Of a stretch of DNA of 64,000 nt, positions 46,901-57,031 are shown in pieces. Where the stretch lies: positions 17,785 to 81,784 of IMG/VR virus record IMGVR_UViG_3300020336_000246; one strand, 5' to 3'. The notes beneath the pieces were generated by a model. It was not told the origin of the DNA and did not search any database. It saw only the letters and a program-made list of their open reading frames with translations. Each line of letters opens with the position of its first letter. Within the stretch, counting starts at the first letter, position 1. The DNA is from a virus (lineage: Duplodnaviria > Caudoviricetes). The translations under genes were made by a program, and so were the position numbers.

Positions 46901-49900
46901 TACAGCTAAGAACAACAAAGAAATGGATGTCTTCTTAATGGGTGATGCAACCATATTAAGAAACATCAGTGTTAAAGGACATGGCGGGTTTATGTGTGTA
47001 CTTGATCCAGAAGGATCAGTATTAACTAAATCACCTTACATACAAACTGCTTCAAGTTTCTCACAAAGCATTAACAAGAAACGTTTTGCAGGTGGTATGT
47101 TTATTGATGGTTTTGTAGGAAACCTAAGAACAAAAATTTTAAGTACAAATACAGCATACAGCATTAACGTACAGAGTGAAACAGGTGAAGGTCTAAGAAT
47201 AAAAAGACCTCAAGTACCTTGCCCATTCTATGTTGATGGTGTACGTTATCAAGTTAATGCCGTTACAGCTTATGACCAAGCAAATGGAAGTGCTACACTA
47301 ATATTAGATCCAACATCAGGACCATCAGGTGTTGGTTACACTCTAAACACACCTTACGCAATTACATTACAAACTGCTGGTAACAGAAGTATGTTGGCAA
47401 ACGACTTTACACAGGTTAACGATCTAGGTTATGGTACTGTTGCAATTAATACAGCATTATCAGAACTTGTATCACAGTTTACATATTACAACGAAGCGGC
47501 CTACTATGCAGGAACAGGTGCTGAGATTAGATCATTAAACGGATCTAATGCTTATGGTACATACGGATTAGTTTCAACAGGATCAGATCCAAACGAAGTA
47601 CCAGACACTATTGTCTTAGACAATAACATGATACAGACTGCTAAGGTCTTTGACGACGGTGGTTCAACATTTAATCATGCAATAGATCAATTATATATCT
47701 ATGTGTATGACACAGAATACGTTCCTTTAGTAGGATCAGAAATTGAAATCGATCATGGTGGTACACTTGGTACAACTAGATATGAAGTTACAACTGTACA
47801 AAATCCAACACAACCTGGTTCACCTCCAACAGGAACTAGAAGCAATACAGTTTACAAATTAAACTTGGCAACAACTGGTGCTAATACTACAAGTTCAACA
47901 GGACTAAAAGCAGTATTGGCAAACGACCAGAAGGTGATGATAAGATCAAGTTCATCATTCCAATTCTCAGGTGTTGAGTCAACTACAACAAGACCAAGTT
48001 CAGCTTTAATATTTGATGAGTCAGAAACAGTTTACAGAACATTAGCATTTAATACTACAGATTCATTAGGGGCTACATTGGCTTCAGGTGTAAGACATAT
48101 TAGATTTGATAGTCCATATGATTACATTAAACTAGTTATTGATAATACAAACGCCGCACTAACAACCTTTGCTGGTGCAGGTGGTACTACAATGGGTAAC
48201 ACAGCAGGTGACGATGTTATCGCTGTTGTAACAATTACATCACAAGACCAAATAGATAGATTAAACTCCGGTGACATGATATTTGTTTGGGATGGTAAGA
48301 CACACCAGATTACAGGATACACACAAAGATCAGGATTTGGTACTATTGCAATTACAGACGTTGCTGGTAAAGAAATTAACAGTTCAAGTTTAGTAACAGG
48401 TATTCATAGCACACTGGTTAATACACAATCGGTTGTAACTTTAAGAGCTGGATTGGCTTCCACTGAAGGTGCAGAAATTACAATTAATATTTCAACTTGT
48501 AGAGCAACAGGACATGATTTCTTAAACATTGGTACAGGTGGATTTAATAGTTCAAACTATCCAAATTCAACTTTTGGTCAAGCTACACAAACAAAAGACC
48601 AAACCAAAGAAACAGACGAAAGAGATAAAGGTAGAGTATTCTACGTAAGTACAGACCAAGATGGATTCTTTAGAGTTGGTAAATTCTTTACAGTTGATCA
48701 AGGTACTGGTACTGTTACGTTCTCAGCAAGTATTGCCTTAAGTAACTTAGATGGTATTGGATTCAAACGTGGTGTTGTTGTTGGCGAATTTAGTGCAGAC
48801 GACACAATGACTGATAATGCCACTGATGCTGTTCCAACAGAGTCAGCAGTTAGAGGTTACGTTAATAAGAGATTAGGTTGGGATCATGCTGGTAATGTAG
48901 TTGGAAGTCCAATAGGACCAGGTGCAGTAGCAAGAGATGGTTCAACATCATTTACTGCAAACATACCAGCAGGCGGATTTAAGATTACTAATTTAAGTGA
49001 TCCATCAAGTAACCAAGACGCGGCAACTAAATCATACGTTGACGGATTGATTGCGGCTGGTGATACTATTCCAGAGAACATTGATGTTGAAATGAAAGCA
49101 CCTGCGGCAAACCAGGCACTTCTTTTAACAGGTAAATTTAGACTTTATACAGCACCAGCAACAGGTGGTAACTTTGTTGCAGGTAACGTAATATCAGGAA
49201 GTAATTCAGGTGCGGCTGGTACTATTGTTGAAGTTAAGAACGTATCAAGACAAGGCGTTGCAGAAAACTTATTAATATACACAGCAACATCAGGAGCATT
49301 TACGACAGCTGATATAGTTTCAGCACAAAGTGGTACAGTTACAGCTCAAGTTAATAATGGACCACATCATGAATTTGCTACTGCGGTAGAAGAAGCAGTT
49401 TCAGATGTAAACATCCAGGTTGAAAGAACCGCAAGTGCAGTCACAGTTGATATGCAACTTAGAGCAGATAGCATTGTAAACGCAGATGTAAATTCAGCGG
49501 CGGCTATTGCACAAAGTAAGTTAAACTTAAATGCGGCAACTACAAGAGCTAACGCAACAGGTATTTCACAAAATGACTTAGGTGTTATAAGTTTAGATAG
49601 CAGTATCTTTACAGCAACTAACGGTTGGGCAACTATTGACAACGGCAAATTAGATTATAGAAAATTAATTAACATAGCTGACCAAACAGTACTTGGTAGA
49701 TCTGTACAGGATTCAAGTACAGGTGACGTTACTGAAGTAACCTTTGCAGATGTTGTACAAGGTGGTGGCGGTGTTATTGAAACAGTTTCAACAACAGGTG
49801 CCGCGAACGCTCTAGTTAAAACAGATGGTAACGGTAATGCGTCAATGCAAGGATTAAAAGTTGACAGTTACTTAATTATTGATACGTCAGGTACAGAAGT

Positions 49901-50696
49901 ACAATTTAGTACACCAGGTGGTGCTCAGTTTATGACAGCGGCTGGTACAGTTACTCCTACAGTAGCAATACCAGGAAGTGTTAACATAGGTAACACAGGA
50001 GTTACACAAGGTTCATTCCAAACTAACTCTGCATTAGCAGGTGAAAGTAGATTAGCAGTTGACTGGATACACAGTTCATTTATTGAAGCGCCAGGCGAAC
50101 TTGATGCAAATTCAACAGGTATAGGTATTGGTGCTAACACAGGTTATAGTGCGGCAGGAGAAGTTTCTGTTGTGGCCGATGGTGCTACTCCACTTAAAGT
50201 TAACGCAACAAGTGTAATACCAGGACTAAACAATGTTTACACACTAGGTACTGCAACAGCTAAATGGAATACAGTTTACGCAACAACATTCAGTGGTACT
50301 GCAACAACGGCTCAATATGCTGACTTGGCAGAGAACTACGTTGCAGATGCAAACTATCAACCAGGTACAGTTATTATATTTGGTGGCGACAAAGAAGTTA
50401 CACAAAGTTCATTACACAAGGATACAAGAGTAGCAGGTGTTGTTTCAGAACATCCAGCTTACTTAATGAACTCACATCAAGAAGGCGAGTTTGTTATTCC
50501 AGTAGCATTAACAGGTAGAGTAAAAGTTAAGGTGGCAGGAATCATACACAAAGGAGATATGTTAGTAGCTTCTAGTGTACCAGGACACGCATCAAAAGGT
50601 ATTGATCCAACTGTTGGTTCAGTTATTGGTAAAGCATTACAAGATCATTTAGAACCTGGACACGGTGAAATTGAAATAGTGGTGGGTAGAGTATAA
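43953..50696 (+). CDS. Very large baseplate-attached fibre/spike protein, 2247 aa
   Basis: T4 gp9/gp10-like N-terminus (NDGTGDSIR..F.K.NENFTELY); beta-helix entry motifs; C-terminal YADLAE...G.V.VKV domain. Confidence 0.8.
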   Translation: MAKQIINIGVEGNDGTGDSIRNSFRKANENFTELYAVFGQGGSISFRALSDVPDTLTANTVPQVNAAGDALEMKALQGGIGITVTQSSNAITITNSGSIVSTDGIPSLGGPLNAANQGIANVNISQAAINALNSAHGTSFTEDDLVITKGFADGRYLTSTGSPGASGQVRVRSEPADASGYTFTIASYNNGNVVASAAHGFTTTSNGIAYKYKSSSTDATNLTTGTTYYLRYVSATEMSIHASKAEAQNNDDGTRVRIVASGGSGTQTMTDADFDPTLAGYWIKSEALPRESITRRQGDEMTGTLYLNDHPGSFAGAGQPNGITDRQAVTKYYVDNSAFASATNLYVSTKGDDAMANVPVGSEGRAWNYAYKSIAAAAAKAEEVITTSPLTIGPYKQTITYNSGVSNSTVATSGVTSSSGYEEVKVLTDANLKFIREETISYLNATYPTYLFDRSQCRNDLTRIANGIILDILDGTTANYHSRNAGLRYYSTASGQKARQSQRTETLAAITFAKALHAKVITNVMETTLYQGQFAVRTIGLGANTISINTGSNNYAHTYVSGGTVTFNGVAHTITGATYDHVNGVVTITTATTHGAVAGDIVTVANITWNCSLGNKVYPEVHVQTTDNAQVVDAVGQSAVAAKWDIVSTIITGPTIASAPQLVEGSTWSITITNGSVGYVDQNISSNQDLIPGKLVVGKTSGAVGRLVKITAGATHDTLELELLEPLTFAVGEELDYGNKTSIKNISIHVESGTYKEQFPIRVPNGVSIKGDEFRRVIIEPVDGVSTSQWRNVYFYREPTFDSIDLKTTYNPSAVELLTLNKEYLKDETVAWIDAQIAGAAGIWSGFTYDKKKFEVDTGRVLDALIYDIKHGGNEKFWDQANTYYDGTVSNIAGREAQTKAAFDQLSSIIRTYILANAAHTSLQSVTTQTIDSTAGETAAVTKTNTQFTFLGSVLTSGLGSLPTLESSSYGYHYLTDHTNSSSTAKNNKEMDVFLMGDATILRNISVKGHGGFMCVLDPEGSVLTKSPYIQTASSFSQSINKKRFAGGMFIDGFVGNLRTKILSTNTAYSINVQSETGEGLRIKRPQVPCPFYVDGVRYQVNAVTAYDQANGSATLILDPTSGPSGVGYTLNTPYAITLQTAGNRSMLANDFTQVNDLGYGTVAINTALSELVSQFTYYNEAAYYAGTGAEIRSLNGSNAYGTYGLVSTGSDPNEVPDTIVLDNNMIQTAKVFDDGGSTFNHAIDQLYIYVYDTEYVPLVGSEIEIDHGGTLGTTRYEVTTVQNPTQPGSPPTGTRSNTVYKLNLATTGANTTSSTGLKAVLANDQKVMIRSSSSFQFSGVESTTTRPSSALIFDESETVYRTLAFNTTDSLGATLASGVRHIRFDSPYDYIKLVIDNTNAALTTFAGAGGTTMGNTAGDDVIAVVTITSQDQIDRLNSGDMIFVWDGKTHQITGYTQRSGFGTIAITDVAGKEINSSSLVTGIHSTLVNTQSVVTLRAGLASTEGAEITINISTCRATGHDFLNIGTGGFNSSNYPNSTFGQATQTKDQTKETDERDKGRVFYVSTDQDGFFRVGKFFTVDQGTGTVTFSASIALSNLDGIGFKRGVVVGEFSADDTMTDNATDAVPTESAVRGYVNKRLGWDHAGNVVGSPIGPGAVARDGSTSFTANIPAGGFKITNLSDPSSNQDAATKSYVDGLIAAGDTIPENIDVEMKAPAANQALLLTGKFRLYTAPATGGNFVAGNVISGSNSGAAGTIVEVKNVSRQGVAENLLIYTATSGAFTTADIVSAQSGTVTAQVNNGPHHEFATAVEEAVSDVNIQVERTASAVTVDMQLRADSIVNADVNSAAAIAQSKLNLNAATTRANATGISQNDLGVISLDSSIFTATNGWATIDNGKLDYRKLINIADQTVLGRSVQDSSTGDVTEVTFADVVQGGGGVIETVSTTGAANALVKTDGNGNASMQGLKVDSYLIIDTSGTEVQFSTPGGAQFMTAAGTVTPTVAIPGSVNIGNTGVTQGSFQTNSALAGESRLAVDWIHSSFIEAPGELDANSTGIGIGANTGYSAAGEVSVVADGATPLKVNATSVIPGLNNVYTLGTATAKWNTVYATTFSGTATTAQYADLAENYVADANYQPGTVIIFGGDKEVTQSSLHKDTRVAGVVSEHPAYLMNSHQEGEFVIPVALTGRVKVKVAGIIHKGDMLVASSVPGHASKGIDPTVGSVIGKALQDHLEPGHGEIEIVVGRV

Positions 50697-51187
50697 TGGC
50701 ACAGCAAAATATAAACATAGGTTCAAGTGCAAACAAAGGTGACGGAGATCCGATAAGAACAGCCTTTAGTAAAGCAGAGAACAACTTTACAGATTTATAC
50801 ACAAGACTAATTGTTGCTGAAGGCCAGTTAGGTGTTTCAAATACAGGTGGTGCTACTATACAACAAAGTATCATTGGAGATGTTATAGGTGCAGATTCAA
50901 CTGTGATAGTTAACCATGCTACAAGCACAGTTACAGCACAAAACATCATAGGAAATTTAAAAGGTTCAGTTGTAGCAGATGACTCAACAGTAATCATTGA
51001 CGGTGTAAGTGGTACTATTCCATACTCAGTATTAAGTGGTACACCAACTATACCAACAAACAATAACACGTTAACAAACGGTGCTGGTTACTTAACTGCT
51101 GAAACAATTACTTTAACAACACTAAAAACAGAAGTAGCGGCAAGTACAGACTTCGCTGACTTTAAAACTAGGATAGCGGCATTATAA
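50696..51187 (+). CDS. Structural protein with gp9/gp10-like N-terminus
   Basis: MAQQNINIG..NKGDGDPIRTAF.K..NNFTDLY. Confidence 0.75.
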   Translation: MAQQNINIGSSANKGDGDPIRTAFSKAENNFTDLYTRLIVAEGQLGVSNTGGATIQQSIIGDVIGADSTVIVNHATSTVTAQNIIGNLKGSVVADDSTVIIDGVSGTIPYSVLSGTPTIPTNNNTLTNGAGYLTAETITLTTLKTEVAASTDFADFKTRIAAL

Positions 51188-51208
51188 ATATGTTAGTAGG
51201 AAAACAAA

Positions 51209-53839
51209 ATGGCAAATAGAATACCACTAGTAGTAGATACAACGGATAAAAAGATTAAAGAATTACCAGTCGGTGATAATTTAGATCTTGGTGGATCTGG
51301 ACTTACTAACGTAGGAACAGTAAACGCAACAGACGTAAGAATTAACAACGTATCATTTAACAATCCGTTCAGTGGTGATTATAACGACTTATCTAATAAG
51401 CCAATTATTCCTACAGTACCAAGTGCTATAAGTTCTTTTGCAAACGACATTGGATATCTAGCAACAGGTACAACATCAGATCAAATAGTAGAAGGAACAA
51501 CTAATTTATTCTTTTCAAATGCAAGATCAGATGCACGTATACAAGCGGCAAACATACAAACATTAGCTAACGTAACTACTCCGGTATCAAGTGATGATGG
51601 TAAAGTTCTTTATTATGACCATGCGTCACAAACTTTCAAATACAGAGCAACTGTTACAGAAGCTGATACACTAGATACAGTTTTAGCCAGAGGTGCAACT
51701 TCAACTAGAGATATATCAGTTGGTAAAGTTTATTTTAAAAACGTATTCGCAACATTGGCAGACTTACCAAGTGCAACAGATTGGCACGGAATGTTTGCAC
51801 ACGTACACGCAACAGGTAAAGCCTACTTTGCACACGCAGGTGCTTGGATACCACTAGCACAAGAAACTGGTGGAACATTAATACAAGTGGCGGCTGATGA
51901 TTCAACAGTTAGAAATATCGGCTACGGTGAAACATTACAAATTGCAGGTGGCGGTGGAATAACTACAGCCTCAGACGCAGAAGGAAAAATTACAGTTACA
52001 GCATCATTAAACTTAGGTGATATCAATGATGTAGTTACAGCAGGTGCTAACAATGGACAAGCTCTTATTTGGGACAATGCACAAAGCAGATGGGAACCAG
52101 GAACAGTATCAAGTTCTATTTCAGAAATTGGTGACTTATCAGATGTTGATGTTACTACGGTTGCTCCACAAAATGATTATGCATTAAGTTGGGTAGCAAG
52201 TGCAAACAAATGGAGACCTCGTGCATTAAACAATATTGATGCGGCAACTATCACAGTAACAACTGACAATAGTGCGGCAACACAATATCCAATGTTTGTA
52301 GGTTCCAATGGCGGTGGTACTCAAACAGCTAGAACAGATGCAAACTTTAATTATAATCCTAATACAAATACATTAGCGGCTGTAACTTTAAACAGTACAA
52401 CAATAAATGCAACAGACGTAAACGTAAGTGGCACACTAGATAACGGAACAAACGAAATTACAGTTGGCACACACTTTAAGATGGCAAGTGCCGCAGAAAC
52501 TAGATACTATGCAGGTGATAACGGAAACTATACTGCCGTTAGAGCACCAGCTACACTAACATCTAACACAACATTTATTTTACCAGACGGTGATGGAAGT
52601 GCAGATCAAGTTTTAAAAACAAACGGATCAGGAGTACTAGCTTGGGTTGACCAAACTGGTGGCGGCGGAACACAAAACTTATTTGCCAACATAGCAGTAG
52701 CAGGACAGAATACAGTTACAGCAGACTCAACAACAGATACATTAACTCTTGTTGGAGGAACCAACGTAACAATTACAACTGACTCAGGTACAGATACAAT
52801 TACAATTAACTCATCAGGTGGCGGTGGTGGAGGAGGAACTCCAGGAGGTTCTGATACACAGGTTCAGTTTAATGATGCAAGTTCATTTGGTGGAGATTCA
52901 GGTTTAACTTACAACAAAACAACTGATACACTAACAGGTGTAACAGGATCGTTTACAACTATAAATGCAACAACTATTACAGCAGACACAATGCAAACAT
53001 CAGGAACTGGTGTACCAACATTTACAAGTGCAAGTAATATTATATTTGATGCCGCGAATGCTGTGGTATTACAAAGAACACCTTTAAGACTAGGAAGTTA
53101 TGACCAAGATGGAATAAATGGTTTAACAGGACAAGCAGGTGATATGATATATGATGCCAACGTAGGTGATGTTGTATTCTACAATGGTAGTACATGGAAA
53201 AGTACAGGCGGACAATTTAGCTTTAGCATAGGTGCTGATGACTCTTCGATGATTGCAATTAACAGCAACGAATCAATTAAAATTATTGGTGGTACAAGAA
53301 TAACAACTGCAAGTGATACAGAAGGTAACATAACAATTAATGCAGGTAATACTGATCTAGATGATCTAGCAGATGTTACTATATCAACTCCAAGTTCAGG
53401 ACAGTTCTTAAAATGGAATGGTAGTGCTTGGGTAAATGATACAATATCAGGAATTTCAATAAGTTCACCGGCGGCTGGTGATATGGTTTACTACAATGGT
53501 AGTGCTTGGGCGGCAACACAAGGTCCAGTTTACTACTACACGGTAACATCAAATGGTGCAAGTGCATATAGATTTGCAGGACCAGGTGTTAGTGCAACAG
53601 CTGACAATCCAAACTTTACATTGTACAAGGGTGCTACTTATATCTTTAATAACACTACTGGATCAGGACATCCATTTGCAATTAGAGTATCAAATGGTGG
53701 TAGTTCATTCACAGAAGGTGTTAGTGGAAGTACTACAGGAACGCAAGTATTTACAGTACCACATGAACCAAGTGATACGTCATTGGTATACCAGTGTACT
53801 ATTCACGGGGGCATGGTAGGTAACTTAACAATAGTTTAG
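51209..53839 (+). CDS. Fibre-like structural protein with C-terminal cupredoxin-like domain
   Basis: LGDINDV-type repeats, Gly-rich hinges; GHPF...YQCTIHGGM at the C-terminus. Confidence 0.8.
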   Translation: MANRIPLVVDTTDKKIKELPVGDNLDLGGSGLTNVGTVNATDVRINNVSFNNPFSGDYNDLSNKPIIPTVPSAISSFANDIGYLATGTTSDQIVEGTTNLFFSNARSDARIQAANIQTLANVTTPVSSDDGKVLYYDHASQTFKYRATVTEADTLDTVLARGATSTRDISVGKVYFKNVFATLADLPSATDWHGMFAHVHATGKAYFAHAGAWIPLAQETGGTLIQVAADDSTVRNIGYGETLQIAGGGGITTASDAEGKITVTASLNLGDINDVVTAGANNGQALIWDNAQSRWEPGTVSSSISEIGDLSDVDVTTVAPQNDYALSWVASANKWRPRALNNIDAATITVTTDNSAATQYPMFVGSNGGGTQTARTDANFNYNPNTNTLAAVTLNSTTINATDVNVSGTLDNGTNEITVGTHFKMASAAETRYYAGDNGNYTAVRAPATLTSNTTFILPDGDGSADQVLKTNGSGVLAWVDQTGGGGTQNLFANIAVAGQNTVTADSTTDTLTLVGGTNVTITTDSGTDTITINSSGGGGGGGTPGGSDTQVQFNDASSFGGDSGLTYNKTTDTLTGVTGSFTTINATTITADTMQTSGTGVPTFTSASNIIFDAANAVVLQRTPLRLGSYDQDGINGLTGQAGDMIYDANVGDVVFYNGSTWKSTGGQFSFSIGADDSSMIAINSNESIKIIGGTRITTASDTEGNITINAGNTDLDDLADVTISTPSSGQFLKWNGSAWVNDTISGISISSPAAGDMVYYNGSAWAATQGPVYYYTVTSNGASAYRFAGPGVSATADNPNFTLYKGATYIFNNTTGSGHPFAIRVSNGGSSFTEGVSGSTTGTQVFTVPHEPSDTSLVYQCTIHGGMVGNLTIV

Positions 53840-53847
53840 GGGTTACT

Positions 53848-55392
53848 ATGTCAGAAAAACATTACGTTGTTTCATTACATAAAGGGGTAGACAAGGAACA
53901 GTTCTTAAATGAACTGAATACTTCTACATCTATTACTGACATTCCTGACAGAGAAGTTTCAACAGTAAACGAAAGACCAATTAGTAAACGTATGTTGGAG
54001 GTTGCTCTTACAGATGAAGAAGCAACAGCATTATTAAAAGATTCAAGAGTAGGTGGTGTAAACGAACCTTTGGTATGGGACGATGAATGGTTAGACTACG
54101 AACAAGCAGGAACATTTATTAGAAATGCTACAGCTACTTCAAGAGATAATTGGGGATTTAAAAGACACGTACAAGAAAGCAATCCTTGGGGAGCAGGTTC
54201 TCAGACAGGTGACATAGGTGGATCACATGATTATCATTTAGATGGTAGTGGTATTGATTACATACACCAAGAAACAAAATTTAGATATGATCACGAAGAA
54301 TGGCAAGACAAGAACGGTAACAGTCGCTTACAACAGTTTCAATGGAACACACTTCCTAACTGTTCTTCAATAGCAACACTAGACTATACTAATTCAGCAA
54401 GTTCAAGCTATCATGCTACTCACTGTGCCGGAACGGCAGTTGGTAAAACATATGGCTGGGCCAAGAACGCAAACATATATTGTTTGGATATGAATACAGT
54501 AAACTCAAGCTATTGGTTTGATGCTATCAAAGAATTTCACAAAGCAAAAACTGTTAATCCAATTACAGGATTTAAAAGACCAACAGTGGTAAGTGCTAGT
54601 TGGGGATATAAAAGTTACTTCTCAAGTATCACTGATATAAACTTTAGAGGATCAAGTGTTGGTTCTGTAAAACAATCACAATACGGAATGATCGGAGATG
54701 GTGCAAATAGATTCAATGCACAGATTTACAACTTGATGGCAGAAGTAGAAGAAATGCAAGACGAAGGTGTACACTATCATAAGAGTGCAGGTAACCAAGG
54801 ACAAAAACTTTGTTACTCAACTGATGTGGATTATAACAACTACATTACAAGAAGTATTAATTCAGGAAATATTACAGCAGGTAATCCTATATACTATAAC
54901 AGAGGTGCAGGTAACATAGGCCCTCATACTATTGTTTGTGGTAACTTAGATAGTGCATTATATTCAAGTTCAGAAGCCTGTTCAAGTTCAAGTGATAAAG
55001 GACCAAGAGTAGATGTTTATGCGGCAGGTACAAATATTGTTAGTGCTACAAATTCTAACAGTACTGCAATATTAAATCTCAGTGGAACATCAATGAGTAC
55101 TCCTAATGTAGCAGGAATGAGCTGTTTGGTATTACAACTTAATCCGGGATACACTCCTGCACAACTACGTGAGTGGTGGCATAAGAATAGTATCAAAGGA
55201 TTATTATATCAAGGTTCAACAGATGAAAATACACCATCTAACTTCTTTAACAATAACAGAAACTTGATGAGTCCAGATGCAACTTCAAATAGAATTGCAT
55301 TCTTTGGAAACTTAGGTAAGAGTAAAACGTTTAGTAAGAAAAAAGGTTTAGACACAACAGGTCCAACAGGATTTAAAGCGAGTGGTAACTAA
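53848..55392 (+). CDS. Subtilisin-like S8 peptidase (Asp position appears to be Glu)
   Basis: HATHCAG, SAGN, SGTSMSTPNVAG. Confidence 0.85.
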   Translation: MSEKHYVVSLHKGVDKEQFLNELNTSTSITDIPDREVSTVNERPISKRMLEVALTDEEATALLKDSRVGGVNEPLVWDDEWLDYEQAGTFIRNATATSRDNWGFKRHVQESNPWGAGSQTGDIGGSHDYHLDGSGIDYIHQETKFRYDHEEWQDKNGNSRLQQFQWNTLPNCSSIATLDYTNSASSSYHATHCAGTAVGKTYGWAKNANIYCLDMNTVNSSYWFDAIKEFHKAKTVNPITGFKRPTVVSASWGYKSYFSSITDINFRGSSVGSVKQSQYGMIGDGANRFNAQIYNLMAEVEEMQDEGVHYHKSAGNQGQKLCYSTDVDYNNYITRSINSGNITAGNPIYYNRGAGNIGPHTIVCGNLDSALYSSSEACSSSSDKGPRVDVYAAGTNIVSATNSNSTAILNLSGTSMSTPNVAGMSCLVLQLNPGYTPAQLREWWHKNSIKGLLYQGSTDENTPSNFFNNNRNLMSPDATSNRIAFFGNLGKSKTFSKKKGLDTTGPTGFKASGN

Positions 55393-57002
55393 TGGCACAA
55401 GAAGAATATAGAGTAATAACAAACAAAGGAATAGATGTAGCTGAAATAGACTATGACTTACAAAGAGATACTAGCAGTGATGCTGGTGTTGATTCAAATG
55501 TCTTTCCTGATAGAACCTGTGATGTTTCACACGCAAAAGCAACTAACAATAGAATAACTTGTTATATGCTTGAACCAGCAGAAGCAGAAAAACTAAAAGC
55601 TGATGGAAGAATACTTGACGTTGAACCTTCAAGCATAGATCAGTATGCTGAACCTTATGCAGTACAAAATGATAATTTCCAAAGAACAACAGTTGACCAA
55701 CAAACTGATAAAAATTGGGGATTGTATAGACACTTGTTTAAAGAATGGCAAGCCGATCAAGCGGCAGACCAGACTTTCACAGGAGATTACAACTACACAC
55801 TAGATGGAACAGGTGTAGACATTGTTATACAAGATGACGGTGTTGATCCTACAGGACATCCTGAGTGGGAAGATTACAATGGGGTTACAAGATTTAATCA
55901 AATAGATTGGTATGCGGCATCTGGTGTAAGTGGAACCATGCCAAGTGGTCACTATACAAACAACTATTCAGATACGAACAGAGCAGGTGCTCATGGTAGT
56001 CATTGCTGTGGTATTGCCGCAGGTAAGACATACGGTTGGGCCAAGAATGCACAACTATATTCAGTAAGACTTTTTGGTGGAACGAGTGCTATGTCAATGA
56101 ATGATATCTATGATGTTATTAGAGAATGGCATTTGAAAAAACCTATTGATCCTAACACAGGATTTAGACGTCCTACTATTGTAAATCAAAGTTGGGGTTA
56201 TTCTAATACATATTCAAATAATGGACAACTAACATCAATCTATTTCAAAGGTGTTAATCAGAATATTACACCAGCAAACTTTTCAAGTGCATTTGTAAAC
56301 TATGGAATGACTGGTAGTAAACACCCTATACAAAGTAGTTCAGCAGACGTAGAACAACAACAGCTAACTGACGCAGGTATTATTTGTGTCAAGGCGGCCG
56401 GTAACGCATATCACCCTTGTGCGTATCTAACAACAGGACAATATGGAAGTGGTATATATGACAGTTATTACACCACAGCTACTTATGGAGCATATCGATT
56501 CTATTACAATCGTCCTAGTTCACCACATAGTGAAGATACTTTATTTGTCGCAAATATGGATACTCAACAATATGGTAGTGAAGAAAAAGTTAGAATAGAT
56601 AGTGAACGCGGACCAAGGATAGATATTATTGCCGCAGGTGATGATATTTCTAGTGCAACTAGCCAAGTAAGTGCATACGGAAGTAAACAGCTATATCCAG
56701 GAAGTTCAACACACTACATGGCTAAGATTGGTGGAACTAGCATGGCGGCTCCACAAATATGTGGAATGGGTGCTTTATGGCTACAAGCAAACCCAGGTGG
56801 AACTGCGGCACAGTTTAAAAAGTTTTTAACAGATAATAGTACACCAACAGCATACGACAGTGGTACAGCAGAAAGTTTTAGCTATGGTAACAGTTACCCA
56901 CGTTTATACGGTGCTCCTAACAGAGTAGCACACTGGCCTTATAGCAGTCCAAATCCTCTTAAATTTAGAGGTACTAGTGGTAATGATCAAACGGACTTAT
57001 AG
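55392..57002 (+). CDS. Subtilisin-like S8 peptidase
   Basis: VIQDDG, HGSHCCG, AAGN, GGTSMAAPQICG. Confidence 0.88.
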   Translation: MAQEEYRVITNKGIDVAEIDYDLQRDTSSDAGVDSNVFPDRTCDVSHAKATNNRITCYMLEPAEAEKLKADGRILDVEPSSIDQYAEPYAVQNDNFQRTTVDQQTDKNWGLYRHLFKEWQADQAADQTFTGDYNYTLDGTGVDIVIQDDGVDPTGHPEWEDYNGVTRFNQIDWYAASGVSGTMPSGHYTNNYSDTNRAGAHGSHCCGIAAGKTYGWAKNAQLYSVRLFGGTSAMSMNDIYDVIREWHLKKPIDPNTGFRRPTIVNQSWGYSNTYSNNGQLTSIYFKGVNQNITPANFSSAFVNYGMTGSKHPIQSSSADVEQQQLTDAGIICVKAAGNAYHPCAYLTTGQYGSGIYDSYYTTATYGAYRFYYNRPSSPHSEDTLFVANMDTQQYGSEEKVRIDSERGPRIDIIAAGDDISSATSQVSAYGSKQLYPGSSTHYMAKIGGTSMAAPQICGMGALWLQANPGGTAAQFKKFLTDNSTPTAYDSGTAESFSYGNSYPRLYGAPNRVAHWPYSSPNPLKFRGTSGNDQTDL

Positions 57003-57031
57003 AGCATAAATACAGTATAGGATAAGAAAAT

